The position numbers and the translations under genes are program-made. The notes beneath the pieces were generated by a model, which was given only the letters and a program-made list of their open reading frames with translations, was not told the DNA's origin and made no database searches. 64,000 bases of DNA from the NCBI GenBank assembly GCA_002269645.1, contig NIVC01001046.1, forward strand, positions 186,001 to 250,000, in the 5' to 3' direction. Positions within the stretch are counted from its first letter, which is position 1. Every line of letters starts with the position of its first letter. The stretch comes from Macrostomum lignano. Its lineage: Eukaryota. Shown here in pieces: positions 1 to 12,454 of the stretch.

Positions 1-1163
1 ATCAGGAGATTGCCAGACTACAAGCGGAAGTAGCAAGACTGATGGCGCAGCTTAGCAAAGGAGACGAAAAAGACAATGGTGGATCAATGGATTGAGACAA
101 TTCTTCTGACACAGTAAAAACACATCACAAATTGATTAGCCTCTAAAACTAGTCTTGAATGTTAAATTACTGTTTTAGGGCCTTTCCTCACTAAACTACA
201 AAGAACTGAAAGTGTTAACATATACTAGCTTTAAAAATGTCTTGGCTTATGTATAAATAAAGCATATGTACCTTATATAACAAAAACCTGTCTGGGATTG
301 TTTGTTTATAGAAAAATTTTCACTTGATTAACCTAAAAACACATTAAATTTCATTGATAGATTATAGAAATTTGCAAGTTAATAACCATTTAATCATAAG
401 CTTTTGTAGTTCTTAAGAAAAAGTTAAAACCAAAGGTCAAAACATTTGTGTATAAAAATGTATATTTTTTATATTGAATAACATTTTAAAAATCAAATAT
501 TAATCATTTAGTCCAATGCACCAATATTTTAACTGATTAATTCATAATGCATATGAGCAACTCCACAAGAAGTGGACACCTTCAAAGAAATGGAAATCTC
601 CAGATTACATCTAAACTAATAAAGATATTTAAAAATGGCTATTTTATACTATTTTATAAGAAATATCTATACATAAAAAGCCGATTTATGATTCTAGATT
701 GATTGATTGCTAATTGCCAAATAAGGGTCTTATAGCATTATATGTACATTAGTTAAAATTAGCACAAAATTAAGGCAAAAATTTTATGACTTTGACAAAC
801 TATTATTATTCATTATTTCTAGCCTTTGTCTTTAAATGTTAGCAAAAGAACAATGAAGATCTCTCCTATTGAATTGAATGCATTGGAGATAAAGCTAAAA
901 TATAACTGAATTTTAAAAAAATTCAATTGGTTGAAAATTGAGGAACAAATCCAGTATGACCAGGATGCTACAACCAAGATATCAGAAAAATAATATCATA
1001 GTAATCAAAGACTTAAAAATGATTATCTGCCTTTCTAAAACAATTTAATCGATTGTTTACTATAAATCTTTAAGATTTTTTATCAATAAACTTGATATAT
1101 TTATTAACATAAAAGAAAAACTATTTAACAGTAGGAATACCAAGCCATTTTTTGACCATCAAA

Positions 1164-1400
1164 CTACCAAGAGGAAGGAAACCCCCTGACAATTTTTGCT
1201 ACACTAGAATAGAGCACTGCAGGCACACGAAACTCAAGAACATGGGTTAACTTTTTTGTTGCACACCTTCTCAAACAAGAATCAAGTTGCCAGCCCTCCG
1301 GACCATCAAGATTTTGACAATACTGCCAGAAGTTTGGACTTTTCTTATAAGCATTCAGTATACCCATGTGTGCCAATCAGCACTGCGCCTCAGTGCAGCC
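1164..1400 (-). pseudogene. Possible degenerate LTR-retrotransposon (Gypsy-like) integrase zinc-finger remnant
   Basis: The ORF fragment AHMGILNAYKKSPNFW resembles the 'H..G....Y..+...F+W' segment of the integrase HHCC domain. The frame is broken and the region is heavily mutated. Confidence 0.25.
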
Positions 1401-1514
1401 TTGCCAGACCTCCAAATTTCATTAGCACATCAAACACATGTGTCTACATCAGCTCTAACTTTGCTCCTAACTGTAACTGAAGGTAACTGGCCTTCACCCA
1501 GGTGGAGTTTCTGG

Positions 1515-2195
1515 ACCTTCAACAGATAATACCAGGTCACTATGGGCATGCTGATACAAATTTCTCAAGTTTTGCTGATCAAGCCTCCAACAGTAGACAA
1601 GCCTTAACTGCTGGACATTTTCAGCTAGTCTCTCAAGCATTAAGTCATCACCCCAATGCTGTTGCCAACATCACCTTCAACAGATTATACTTGGTGACTA
1701 TAAACACCCTGATGCGATGCGAATTTCTCTAGTTTCACTGATGAAGCCTTGACAGTAGGCAAAAATCAACTGCTAGACATCCTTAGGCCTTAGCTAGTCT
1801 CTTGAGTATTCAGTCATCATCCCAATGCTATCAGCACCTTCAATAGATAATACCAGGTGACTATGGACCTCCTATTACATGTATACTGTAACTATGTTAG
1901 GTTTTTCTTATCAAGCTTCAATAATAGGCAAAACTCAACTGCCGGATATCCTCAGCTAGTCTCTCAAGCATTCTGTCATCACCCTGACACCATCAGTACC
2001 TTCAACAGAATATACCAAATGACTTTGAGCCTGGTTTTACCTGTTAAAGGTGCTGACAGCATTGGGGTGGTGACGGAATGCTTGAGAGACTAGCTGAGGA
2101 TGTTCAGCAGTTGAGGCTTGCCCACTGTTGAGGCTTGATCAGCAAAACTAGAGAAATTAATAGGGTGTTCATAGTTACCTGGTGCCACCTGTTGA
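1515..2195. repeat. Degenerate ~165-170 bp tandem repeat (3 units) followed by one inverted unit
   Basis: Units start 'cttcaacagat' near 1517, 1675 and 1840, each with 'cagctagtctctcaagcatt...catcaccccaatgct'. A reverse-complement unit lies at ~2030-2195. Confidence 0.7.
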
Positions 2196-3132
2196 AGGTC
2201 CAGAAGCTCCATCTTAGTGAAGAACAGTGATCAACGAGGTCAGAGCTTATTGCTAAGCTACAAAGTTGTTGCAAGGCTAAATTTCTCTCTTTAAATCTTA
2301 ATTGCTATCACCAAATTACAATAGTGTTTTCTGTTCTATCTTCTAAAATATTAAAGTGATCCCACCAATGTTGCTGCAGGCCTTTCAGCTATTTGTATAA
2401 TTATATCTATCAAAAGTTATAATGGAGGTTACTTCTACCATAATAAAACCCTATTAATGTCATTATAGTTATGCTAGATTATAGTTCATCTCTGGGTGCA
2501 GGTCTTAAAATACTAAGTATTAGACTAAGTATAGGTCAAAGTATTAGTCTAAGTATATATCTGAGTATATTCCTTATTCCTTACTAGTAGCATTTTTATT
2601 CTGTAATAGTAGTGTACTAGTATTATTAGTAGGCTTGAGTGGTATATTACTATACTATTACTAGTATGTTATAATGTTATAAGAATATTACAATATTAGA
2701 ACTTAGCTAAAAGCTTTAATAAATATAGTTTTTTTATTTTAGTCAATAGATACTAGAATCTTAGGCTCTTATCCCCTAGCTTAAACTTTCTAATTGCGCC
2801 TTTCTGTATTATTCCTGTCTTGCCCTAATTTTTATTGCCTTTTTTGGAATTTTAGCCTAAAGCTGCCATGTACATTTTAGTAGACTGGCTAATGTATATT
2901 ATTGCTAAACCAATTAGCAAAACTAAATTGTTTACACTTACAAGCTTGGCTTCTAAACTTATTAAAGTAGTTTATCTGTCTTTATTTTATAAAATGGCCT
3001 ATGTATTCTTATTTGCTACTGAACTAAAAGTAGAAAATGGTTTTACTAAGTATATATGCCTAAGTGGCCTATTTAATCATTTTAGTTAGTATTTGTACTT
3101 TAGTTTAATAACTGATAATAATAAGCTACTGT

Positions 3133-4061
3133 TGTAACCCGGGTCAGTTTGGGTGCCCAGTCCCGAGTACAATATATATTATACATAATATACAGGCATA
3201 GTGACGCTGTCTGTACTTTTATGAATACAAGCAGGCGTGACGACGCTCTGCAATAATAGTTCAATCCCTCTGGTGTTGTGACACTCAGAGTTCACGCTGC
3301 AGCTCGGGGTGTGGTGGCACTCTCGACTGCTTCTAGTCACAATACTGTAGGTTGTACACACTATATAGAGTAGACGGTATAATACTACAAAAAGCTATAT
3401 GATCTCCCGGCGTTATGATGCTCTGGCAAGAACTCAGCCTAACAAGCTCCCAGAAAAGAACGAACTCGAGCAGCAGGCGGCTTACCAGTGCCCAAATTGC
3501 CATTCTCACGTCTATTGGTTTGCTTGTTGGTCAGTGCAGGTTTGCCTATTTGTTGATTGGCTTGTAGGTCTCAAGCGCGGCTTCTAATTTCTTCTCAATT
3601 CTCAAAGACTGATTCTCAAAGGCCAGACTGACTTCTCTATTTGGCTCTCAGGTTTCTGTTATCATAGGTAGCTAATGTTGCTGTTTCTTACTAAAGTCAA
3701 GTCTCACGCTTGCTATCTTGGAGCACATCAAAACACAAACACAAAACCCAGAGTTGCACCATAAATAGCACCCAAACCTTGGGGCAGACGGCCCCACTGG
3801 CTAAGCCTACCCAAACAAGCTACCCCAACAAAATAGAGACTGGCCACACTAGCCAGCCAATCAAAACCCCACTTAGGGGGGGGGGGCTGCACCCACGCCA
3901 AAGCTGGCTTGGCCGCAGCCAACCAGCCCTGAGCACAGGGCAGGGGCACGGCTGGGGAGGGGCACGCGCAAAGCCCGGCCGGCGGCCAGACCCTGCCACG
4001 CCCGCCAACCCCCCCAACCAGCCCCAAAGTGCAACGCGCACTGCCAACTGACAAGGGTACA
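3133..4061. mobile_element. LTR-like insertion (possible solo LTR), younger than its flanks
   Basis: Termini TGTAACCCGGGTCAG...CTGACAAGGGTACA form an imperfect TG..CA inverted pair. It retains CpGs, unlike the flanks. No TSD found. Confidence 0.4.
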
Positions 4062-4089
4062 TGCACTACACTACCTATTAGTATATCAG

Positions 4090-6670
4090 ATATCTAAGAA
4101 AATAAAACATTTGGGTACTAACCAATTGGTGCCAAACAAATTTGGCAATAGAGATATATATACATGTGCAACTTTGGGTTTTTGAAATTAGGGAATATAA
4201 TCCTGGGATCCTAAGATCCTGAAATCCTGGGATTAGGCCCAAAGGATTGACCACCAGGATCCCAATCTTGGTTTGCAATAATTTAATCATTCATTGTTGA
4301 GTAATAGTATCTGTAGCTGAGTTAATATTAGGTGAAAATCATAACCCAGTTGTCCTGCTTTGATTTAATAATATTTTAAACATGTAGGCTAATGAGAAGG
4401 CTAATGCTACAGGGATAAAAAAATTGAAGCTATTGGGAGATTGCAGGAGAATTCAGGTATAAAATGTACATGCAACTCTGTGCATATGGTACTCGCAGTC
4501 TAATTTAATCTAAATATACTAATTATTATTCTAAAACCTGTGCACAGAGTCCAAAGCAATAGAGGCCAATTCCTTATTGTTTCCTATCATAGTACTATAG
4601 CTTGCCAAATGGGAGTCAAATCATTGTTAATTTGAACTCTTAAACCCAGCTAAGTCAAGGGGTATCAAGTCTTAACTTGTGCAGATCAAAAGCCCCTTCC
4701 TATGCAAAAGACCTTAGCACTGTCAGCTAGGACACCCTTTATATACCTAGCATAGAGGTGGCAAAAGTATATGTACTTTAAGCAGTCCTTACCTTCAAAA
4801 CTCCTTGGCCATGGATTAGGATTAAAATGGTAGGACCTTGCTATCCAACTATAACCCAATATACCAATTTACTATCTAGGATAGGTGCCCTTAGGAGGGT
4901 GAAGTCTGATCCTCTTCTACCCTGATATCAGTACCTCAGGTCATAGCTGCTCTATAAGCTATTATTTCCAAGGCTATATTACAATCAAGTGCAATTTTCC
5001 TGAGCTGATACTAGCATGTAAAAAAGCACATCTATTATGCTAGCCTATACATTAGACTCAAATTCAGAGCTCACTGTCAGTTTCTTGTTAGCAAAATATT
5101 TTGTTCTATTCTACTTTTATCATTAAAAGCCCTTTAAAATTAGTCTAGATAGCTTTATAAACCAAAGTTGCACCAACAAAGAATATAAACTTTTTGGCAT
5201 TCTTCTCAAATAGTTTATTAAACTATTTTTACGTTTTTCACATTTTCTCTACTTTTTTAGAAGCTGATTTTAGCATGTTTGGACATCTCCTTAGCTATTA
5301 AAACAGTAAAATTAACAACTTTTTAAAGTAATTTTTCTGTCTTTAGACTAGAGCAGGGCAAAAAAGAAATGAAGGGCCTAGGCTACAAGTTAAACTTGTA
5401 TTTATACTAAAAAAGCAAATAGGTCAGCTTATATATCTATGGTAAATTAATGGCTAGGATTGTCTGTGGGGAAGAGCATGGTAGACAAAGGGAGTTGGCT
5501 AAATTGCAAAACATAAAGTACAAATCCAACATGTGTTGTCTAACATGATACTAATGTTTGTTGGGAAGTGTCTATGGTCTAAAGGGATGAGTTGGTTAGA
5601 GGGGGGGAGTCTAAACACTTAGACTTATGTTCTTACTGCTAATTAGTTTTTGCTAAGACCATTAACCAACTATTAAATCTATAATACCATGCCAGGAGGC
5701 TGCCTTCAAATTGTTAGGAATCGTTAAGAATTGGTAAAGGCAAAAAAAGTGCTTAAAAACAAAGTTGTTGATTTTACTATTTTAATAGCTTGGGAGATGT
5801 TCAAACATGCTAAAATCAGCTTCCAAAGTAGAGAATATTAAGTAGAGAAAGTAGAGAATAGTAGAGAAATATTAACAAATGATTTGAGAAAAATGCCAAA
5901 CTTTTTTTAATCTTAAGATCTTAGGATCCAGGCCCAATTCATCAGGATCCTAGGATTGGCAAAGTCTAGGATATCCCAATCCTAAGAGTCCCAGGATTGG
6001 TGAAACTTTGGATTTTGTATTTCCTATTGGAAATCTTCAAGAAATTGGATAGAAATGCTAAGCAAAATTTCTGGGAAGAATAGAACTTTTATCAATGAGC
6101 ATTTTAGGAAAAATTTAAGTAATTAGCTTTAAATTTAGTTAGATTAGGCCCCTCTGATCAAATCAACTATAGATATATAAGATTTATTACCAAATTTGTC
6201 TAGATTAGGCCTATTACCAAATTTGCTTTTGCCAAATTTATCTATATTAAATTTCTGTCAACAAATTAGTTTGTCCTCAATTTGGTTAGCATTCAATAAT
6301 TTACACATTGTAAAAGTTTCAATAACCAAAAACCATGACAAATATAGTATTAAAACAGACAAACATTGAGTCAGTTTTAGTATTAGGAGATACCTTTTTT
6401 CAGTTTTTGCCAACCAAGTCCAAGGCATCAAATCTATAAAGTTTGTGAACAATCTGTAATAAAAAACAGAAAATACAATATTTAGGCATTTTGGAAAATA
6501 GTCCTTAATTTTTACAAAGAAATCCACAATGTAGAAAAATCCTTGGTGGTAATCTTTTGGTTTGCCACAAAAAATTATTTTAATGTGTGTTATATCATAT
6601 CATATATCATATTATAGCATAGGCCTAAAAATAATTGAAAGCAGGAAACCAAAAGATTGCCAAATCTTCA
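4090..6670. mobile_element. Stack of nested, decayed TIR DNA-transposon remnants
   Basis: Inverted pairs at ~5190-5340 / ~5745-5905 and ~4190-4270 / ~5910-6030 (tagggaat..., with ctagg/ccagg/ctggg subrepeats). 'ccaaattt' subrepeats at ~4130 and 6190-6260. A mini-element at 6548-6661 belongs to the same family as 7884-8328. Confidence 0.55.
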
Positions 6671-7883
6671 ACCCAAATCTATAGGTAGGGGGCCCTATAT
6701 GGGAATACAATCCATTTCGGTAACGGCCACTTCGGTAACAAATCAGATTTACGACTGTCAACACTTTATTTTTATGATAATTAAGTTTAGCAATAAGTAG
6801 TTTTAATAACTAACATCTCAAATATCTTATTGCACATATCGTTAAACTTTTTAGGTAAACTGTATTATACTTTGTTTAAACTTGTGCGGTAACTTTGGAA
6901 ACATTTAAAGGCAAAGAATATGAGGGCCTAACTGTTCGCAAATTAATTTATATGAATTATTATAGGGCCTAGTTTATGCCTATAATAATTTCATCTTATT
7001 ATTCTAAAATCTTAGTTCATCAGTGTGCATCAGGATATGTGATCCTTAGATTCAGTTTCTAGTTCATATGACTTAAAATCTCCACCTAGTTCTAGGTCGA
7101 TTAAAATCGCTTTTCTTTATGCCATACTTCTACTCTACTTTAAATCTCATTTATAGATTTAGAGCAATCTCAAGACCCAAGTGAAATTGTAACAGTTTAA
7201 TTTAAATGTAATTTTTTATGGCTAGTCCTAATAAAAAACATTATTATAATTTGCTTTTATTTCTTCTAGTTTGTAATTTAGTGAAATCTACATTTTGTAT
7301 ATCACATGTACAATCAGGTAAGTTATTATAAATTATTTTCTTTAAGCCTACTTAGGCCCAATGGCAATAGCCTAATACTTTTATTATATAGTAGGTCTAG
7401 TTACCAATCACATAAAGAGACCCTAATATAACTGTAGACCTAGTACTCCTAATTCATATTCTCTGGTTTTCTTTTCACTTTCCTATTCTTATCTATCTTT
7501 TGTATAATATATTTATTTCATATTTATTTCTTTTACTAGTTAGATATAAAAAATCATATAGGGCCTAATCAATTAGGTATTTCTTTGATTAAGCCTAGGC
7601 TTATATTTGGATTGGGCCTAGATCTTTTTCATATTTCTAGGCTATTCTTTCCAAAATTGTTAGGTCTAGATATAGTTTTTCTAAAATAACCTAGAAAATG
7701 ATTTTTTCTATTTGCTTTTAAAACAATGCTATTTGCTATTTGCTAAAATATTCTTATACCCTATATAGAAATAAATTTCTATTTCTAGCTAGGCCCTATA
7801 ATTTTTGTCAAAATAATGTAGAAGACTTCAAAAAATAAATAAATATCAATCAGCCTATCTAGCACTAGCAAGGCCCATGTTTT

Positions 7884-8328
7884 GGTGATCCTTTGGTTTC
7901 CCACTCTAAATTATTTTAACATTAGATATTATTATACTATAATTATAAAACAAGTTTGAATAGCGCAACAGAGGTAAGCATAACAAAAAATAAAAATATA
8001 CAATATAGGAAGCTATAGTCAGTTAGTCAGTCAGTTGCACTACAGTAGATAGTAGTGACTAATCAAAATCAAAACCATTCGCTTTAGAATCAGGATCATT
8101 CACTTCAGGATCGGGAAAATTCACTTCACGGTTGGGATAATTCCCTTAGGATTGGGTTCATTCACTTTAAAATCAAAATCATTTGCTTCAGAATTGGGAT
8201 CATTACCTTCAAAATGGATCCATGTGCAGGAATGGATCATTTTTGAATTATTTTAGAATCGCCATTCAAACCCTTTATGATATAATATCACATTAAAATA
8301 ATTTAGAGCAGGAAACCGAAGGATCGCC
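7884..8328. mobile_element. Non-autonomous TIR element with 8-bp TSD and GG termini (Merlin-like); present only in left arm
   Basis: TIR ggtgatcctttggtttcccactctaaattattttaa versus (rc) ggcgatccttcggtttcctgctctaaattattttaa. TSD catgtttt (7876-7883) / cacgtttt (8329-8336). The empty site is at ~31010-31025 in the right arm. Confidence 0.75.
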
Positions 8329-9029
8329 CACGTTTTATCTCAGCATATTCTAGCCTTTTTTACTATAGCCATTATAGGAATCACCTAGTTGTTTCTATTG
8401 GCAATATACACTTATAAGTTTCTATTGGCTAAGAGTAATATTTTGTCTTACAGCAAATTACTTATGTGTTGCCAATAGGAAATAGCTGGGTAAATTCCTA
8501 AGTAGTAGGTTGTGCCCAAGTATAAAGCATCTATATTGATAGATTTTGCTATAATTTTTAATGTCAATATTAACCACAGAAATTAAAATAACTAAATAGG
8601 CTACCTAGGCATATATACTTTCTACAGCTTTCTACTTTTTGTTTAGTAGCAATGAAGAATCCATAAGCTTTTATAAGAATAAAGACAACTGAGATGACTT
8701 TCATAAATTAAAAAATTAAGCTTGCAGATATAAACAGCTTGCTAATTGGTTTAGCCATAATGTACATTAGCCACTGAAATTTAACAAGCAGATTTTTAGA
8801 TTGGAACAACCAAGGAAGGTAATAGAAATTAGGGATAGCTAGGTAGGGATAAAGATTCTATGTGGTCTCCACCTTAGACACTACCTTAGACTTTAATCCT
8901 ATACCATTCATGTTAGCTTTGTATATACCAGACAAAGTCAAATTTTGAAAGGTATGTTTGTATTTTATGTCAGTTTTGATTTTTAATCTAAGGTATAAAT
9001 GTATATTAAAATTGTCCAGATACAACTTT

Positions 9030-9090
9030 TTGGTCAAGGCCTGTATTTTTCTACATAAGCAGCTACAATGAGGTGCAAAAGTCGGAGACT
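9030..9090 (+). pseudogene. Possible PIF/Harbinger transposase C-terminal remnant (also in right arm ~30240-30300)
   Basis: Reads LVKACI(F/V)LH, similar to the ACxxLHN motif. It is short and decayed. Confidence 0.25.
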
Positions 9091-9721
9091 ATGCCTATAA
9101 TTGCTCCGAAGATGGCTGGCAACATAGTCTGGTCTGTTAACTTGCAAGTGGATGATGGTTGTCCTATTTATCCAATGGATGTGTAAGTATGTTTTCATTA
9201 TTTTCAATATTTTTGCACATGGAAATAGTTTTTTTCTTTTGAACAAAATTTTATGTATAGGCTTGTGCATGTTGATTTTGGGTCTCTCACTATAAATTAT
9301 ATTGTATTTATTGTCTTTTAGATATTTTCTACTACTATTGTGCAGTAGTAGACTATTGGACTATTAACTCTATGTTAAAGTCCTATAGGTAATCTTCACC
9401 TTGCATTGGTATCAGATGTGGTTGCTCTAGCATCTATCAACATGCTGCAAATCAGAATATTTAATTCTTTCATTTTGATTTCTGAAAGATTTTATGGCGA
9501 TGGTTTTTAATGTGACTTTTTGCATATTGATTAAATTAAATATAGCCAAATTGATGTGCTAAAGAGCAGGTTAGTTTGTTGTGAATATTGGTATTGGTTT
9601 GTATTTGAAGTTGTTTTTTGTCTAGGTGCCATTCTGCCAAAGGTGACAGGCGCATGGGGATTTTTTAAACTGTTTTTGTTTTTTATTTACCAATTATGTA
9701 CTATAGAGTAGCTTATTTCAG

Positions 9722-9995
9722 GATAATCCTACTACAGAGTAGCCTACTACAGAGTAATGTACTGCAGAGAAGCCTATTGCAGAGTAACCTACTACAGAGA
9801 AACCTACTACAGAGTAGCCTACTACAGAGTAACAACCTACTACAGAGTAGCCTACTACAGAGTAACCTACTACAGAGAAGCCTATTACAGAGTAGCCTAC
9901 CACAGAGAAGCCTATTACAGAGAAGCCTATTACAGAGTAACCTACTACAGAGAAGCCTATTACAGAGAAGCCTACTACAGAGTAAAGTACTGCAG
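9722..9995. repeat. Minisatellite (ctactacagagtagc/taac type); partner array 29150-29610
   Basis: Visible tandem units. It generates the spurious LLQSS/YYRVA ORFs. Confidence 0.9.
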
Positions 9996-10004
9996 AGCAT
10001 ACAT

Positions 10005-10156
10005 GCGCAACCTTGGGAATCGCCCGGCCGTTTCTATTGGCAACACACATGTAAGTCGCTATTGGCTGAGAGCAGTCACGTGACTACTATTCTGTCCAAT
10101 GGCGACTTACATGTGTGTTGCCAATAGAAACGGCTGGGTGAATCCCTAGGTTGCGC
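10005..10156. repeat. ~150 bp hairpin/palindromic element centred on GTCACGTGAC; partner 28983-29134; decayed copies ~8380-8520 and ~30820-30965
   Basis: Arms gccgtttctattggcaacacacatgtaagtcgc and gcgacttacatgtgtgttgccaatagaaacggc. Confidence 0.9.
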
Positions 10157-10164
10157 CCAAGCAT

Positions 10165-10390
10165 GCTGCAGAGTAGTAAACTACTAAGTAACCTGCAAGA
10201 GTAGTAAACTACAGAGTAACCTGCAAGAGTAGTAAACTACAGAGTAACCTGCAAGAGTAGTAAACTACAGAGTAACCTGCAAGAGTATTAAACTACAGAG
10301 TAACCTGCAAGAGTAGTAAACTACAGAGTAACCTGCAAGAGTAGTAAACTACAAAGTAACCTGCAAGAGTAGTAAACTACAGAGTAACCT
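10165..10390. repeat. 28-bp minisatellite (ctacagagtaacctgcaagagtagtaaa); partner 27828-28968
   Basis: Visible tandem units. Confidence 0.9.
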
Positions 10391-11489
10391 ATCTTTTGGA
10401 CGCCGAAGTAGCAACTCTAAATCAAAGCAGGAATGTTCAGAGTTCGAACCCTACGCTCAGTGCTCCATGTATAGTGCCAGAGCATAGTAACTGATTTCAA
10501 AGTATCTGGAACAGACAAAAAAGAAACGAGAATATAATAGTACATAGTTTATTTTTTTCCCAATCAAATAAGCATCTCAGAGGTCGTAGTTACAAAAAGT
10601 GTACCTCTGGATGAGAAAAGGTTTAAATTGTCACGTGACTGGTCTGAACCAATCCCCATCAGCAAGGTCGCAAAAGTGCCCATCCGGAAAATATACTAAT
10701 ACTAAGTAGATGACGCGGCATTTAGCCCTAATAATGCGGTCATAGTTACTCCTGCCGTTTGCCCAAAATCACGTCAATTTTGGTTTAGGTTCCTTTCATA
10801 GGTAAGTGGCAGTTTCAGTCAAAAAGTAAGCCGCACGGCCAGCGTAGATCATGCCTGCATGATCAGCGATGAAGAAATGGTTATCGGTGTGTCACCCGCA
10901 GCTTGATCAGCAGCCAGCACGGCGCCGTTCCCTGGCTAAACGAGTCAGCCTGGTCGCCAGATCTGCTGATCCTTCGCCGACAGAGATTCGCTATTCGATT
11001 GGACAAATCCTCTACTCGCGCCCGGGCTATGTTCGATACCGTGGGCGGCGGGCTGTTCTACTTTACCGTTATTAGCATGGAGCCCGAGCAGTCCAAGCTG
11101 CAGAAACTGGTAGGTAGGGCTGAAGACTAGGAACTCAATTTCTTAGAAACGCTCTTGAAATCCACCTCTCAGAGTCTATCAACTTTTAGTTAAAACAATT
11201 TTGCTAGGGACTTTAAAGGTCGCTTTCTTGGACAATCTCTTTGCTCATGGAGATGTGTATCTAACTATCAGAAGTTCCAGCTTTCATATGCTTCGAAAAC
11301 ATCGTGTTCTCCAGTCAATTTTATAAAATAGTGAATAAGAAAATTACTAAAAAGTACATTCCTAAAAACCATCCGACAAGCATATTCCTAGACAGCGTTG
11401 TATAGGCATTTTCCTTAAAATCATTCGATAAAGGTATCCCATTTTGCTAGAAACTCTGGCATGACTTAAAGCACATTCCTAGAAAATCT

Positions 11490-12050
11490 GATAAGCATAT
11501 TCCTAGAAACCTTCCGATAAGCATATTCCTAGAAACCTCCCAATAAGCATATTCCTAGAAACCTCCCGATAAGCATATTCCTTGAAACCTCCCGATAAGC
11601 ATATTCCTTGAAACCTCCCGATATCCCGATAAGCACATTCCTAGAAACCCTCGGATAAGCACATTCTTAAAAACCCTGCCTGCACCCTGATATAAGGAAA
11701 TTCCTAGAAAACCTGGTATAAGCACATTCCTAGAAACCCTCCGGTAAGTAACTCCTAGAAACCCTCGGATAAGTACATTCCTAGAAACCCTCGGATAAGT
11801 ACATTCCTAGAAACCCTCCGGTAAGCAATTCCTAGAAACCCTCGGATAAGTACATTCCTAGAAACCCTCCGGTAAGTAATTCCTAGAAACCCTCGGATAA
11901 GTACATTCCTAGAAACCCTCCGGTAATAATTCCTAGAAATCCTCGGATAAGTACATTCCTAGAAACCCTCCGGTAAGTAATTCCTAGAAACCCTCGGATA
12001 AGTACATTCCTAGAAACCCTCCGGTAAGTAATTCCTAGAAACCCTCGGAC
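11490..12050. repeat. Intronic minisatellite (ttcctagaaaccctcggataagtaca / ttcctagaaaccctccggtaagtaa); partner 26250-26740
   Basis: Visible tandem units. Confidence 0.9.
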
Positions 12051-12454
12051 TGTACGCCTATTCTTAGACAAAAATCTTAATGCTAGATGCTTAATCTTCA
12101 GATTTCGTTTTTTAATGCTCTTCAGCGGACACAAGCAAACGTATTTCAGTGCTGCATACTTGTACTTTTAAATCGCAAACAATTTTTAGGGCATAAAAAA
12201 GACGCCATGCTCCTATGCCGTGAACATTATGCTATCTGGTTATGTGCCAATCACTACGCCCCTGCTTAGCCTGGATACTAATGTTACTGTGCGAATACTT
12301 ATTGGCCAGGTGCAATTCTTCCGGTGAGTATAACCCCTATTCCTGTCATTTTTGCAGGCATTAAACGCTAAGAATGCCGAATTGAATCTTTTATTTCGTA
12401 CATCGGAATTCCGCTAGGTTAAAACTTTACAAAGTTAACAATGTAAAATTTCGA

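Noticed and set aside
2868-3089. Small hydrophobic ORFs (also 30456-30770, 6258-6527) as membrane-protein genes
   Set aside because: They are AT-rich decayed repeat copies whose hydrophobicity results from C>T/G>A erosion.
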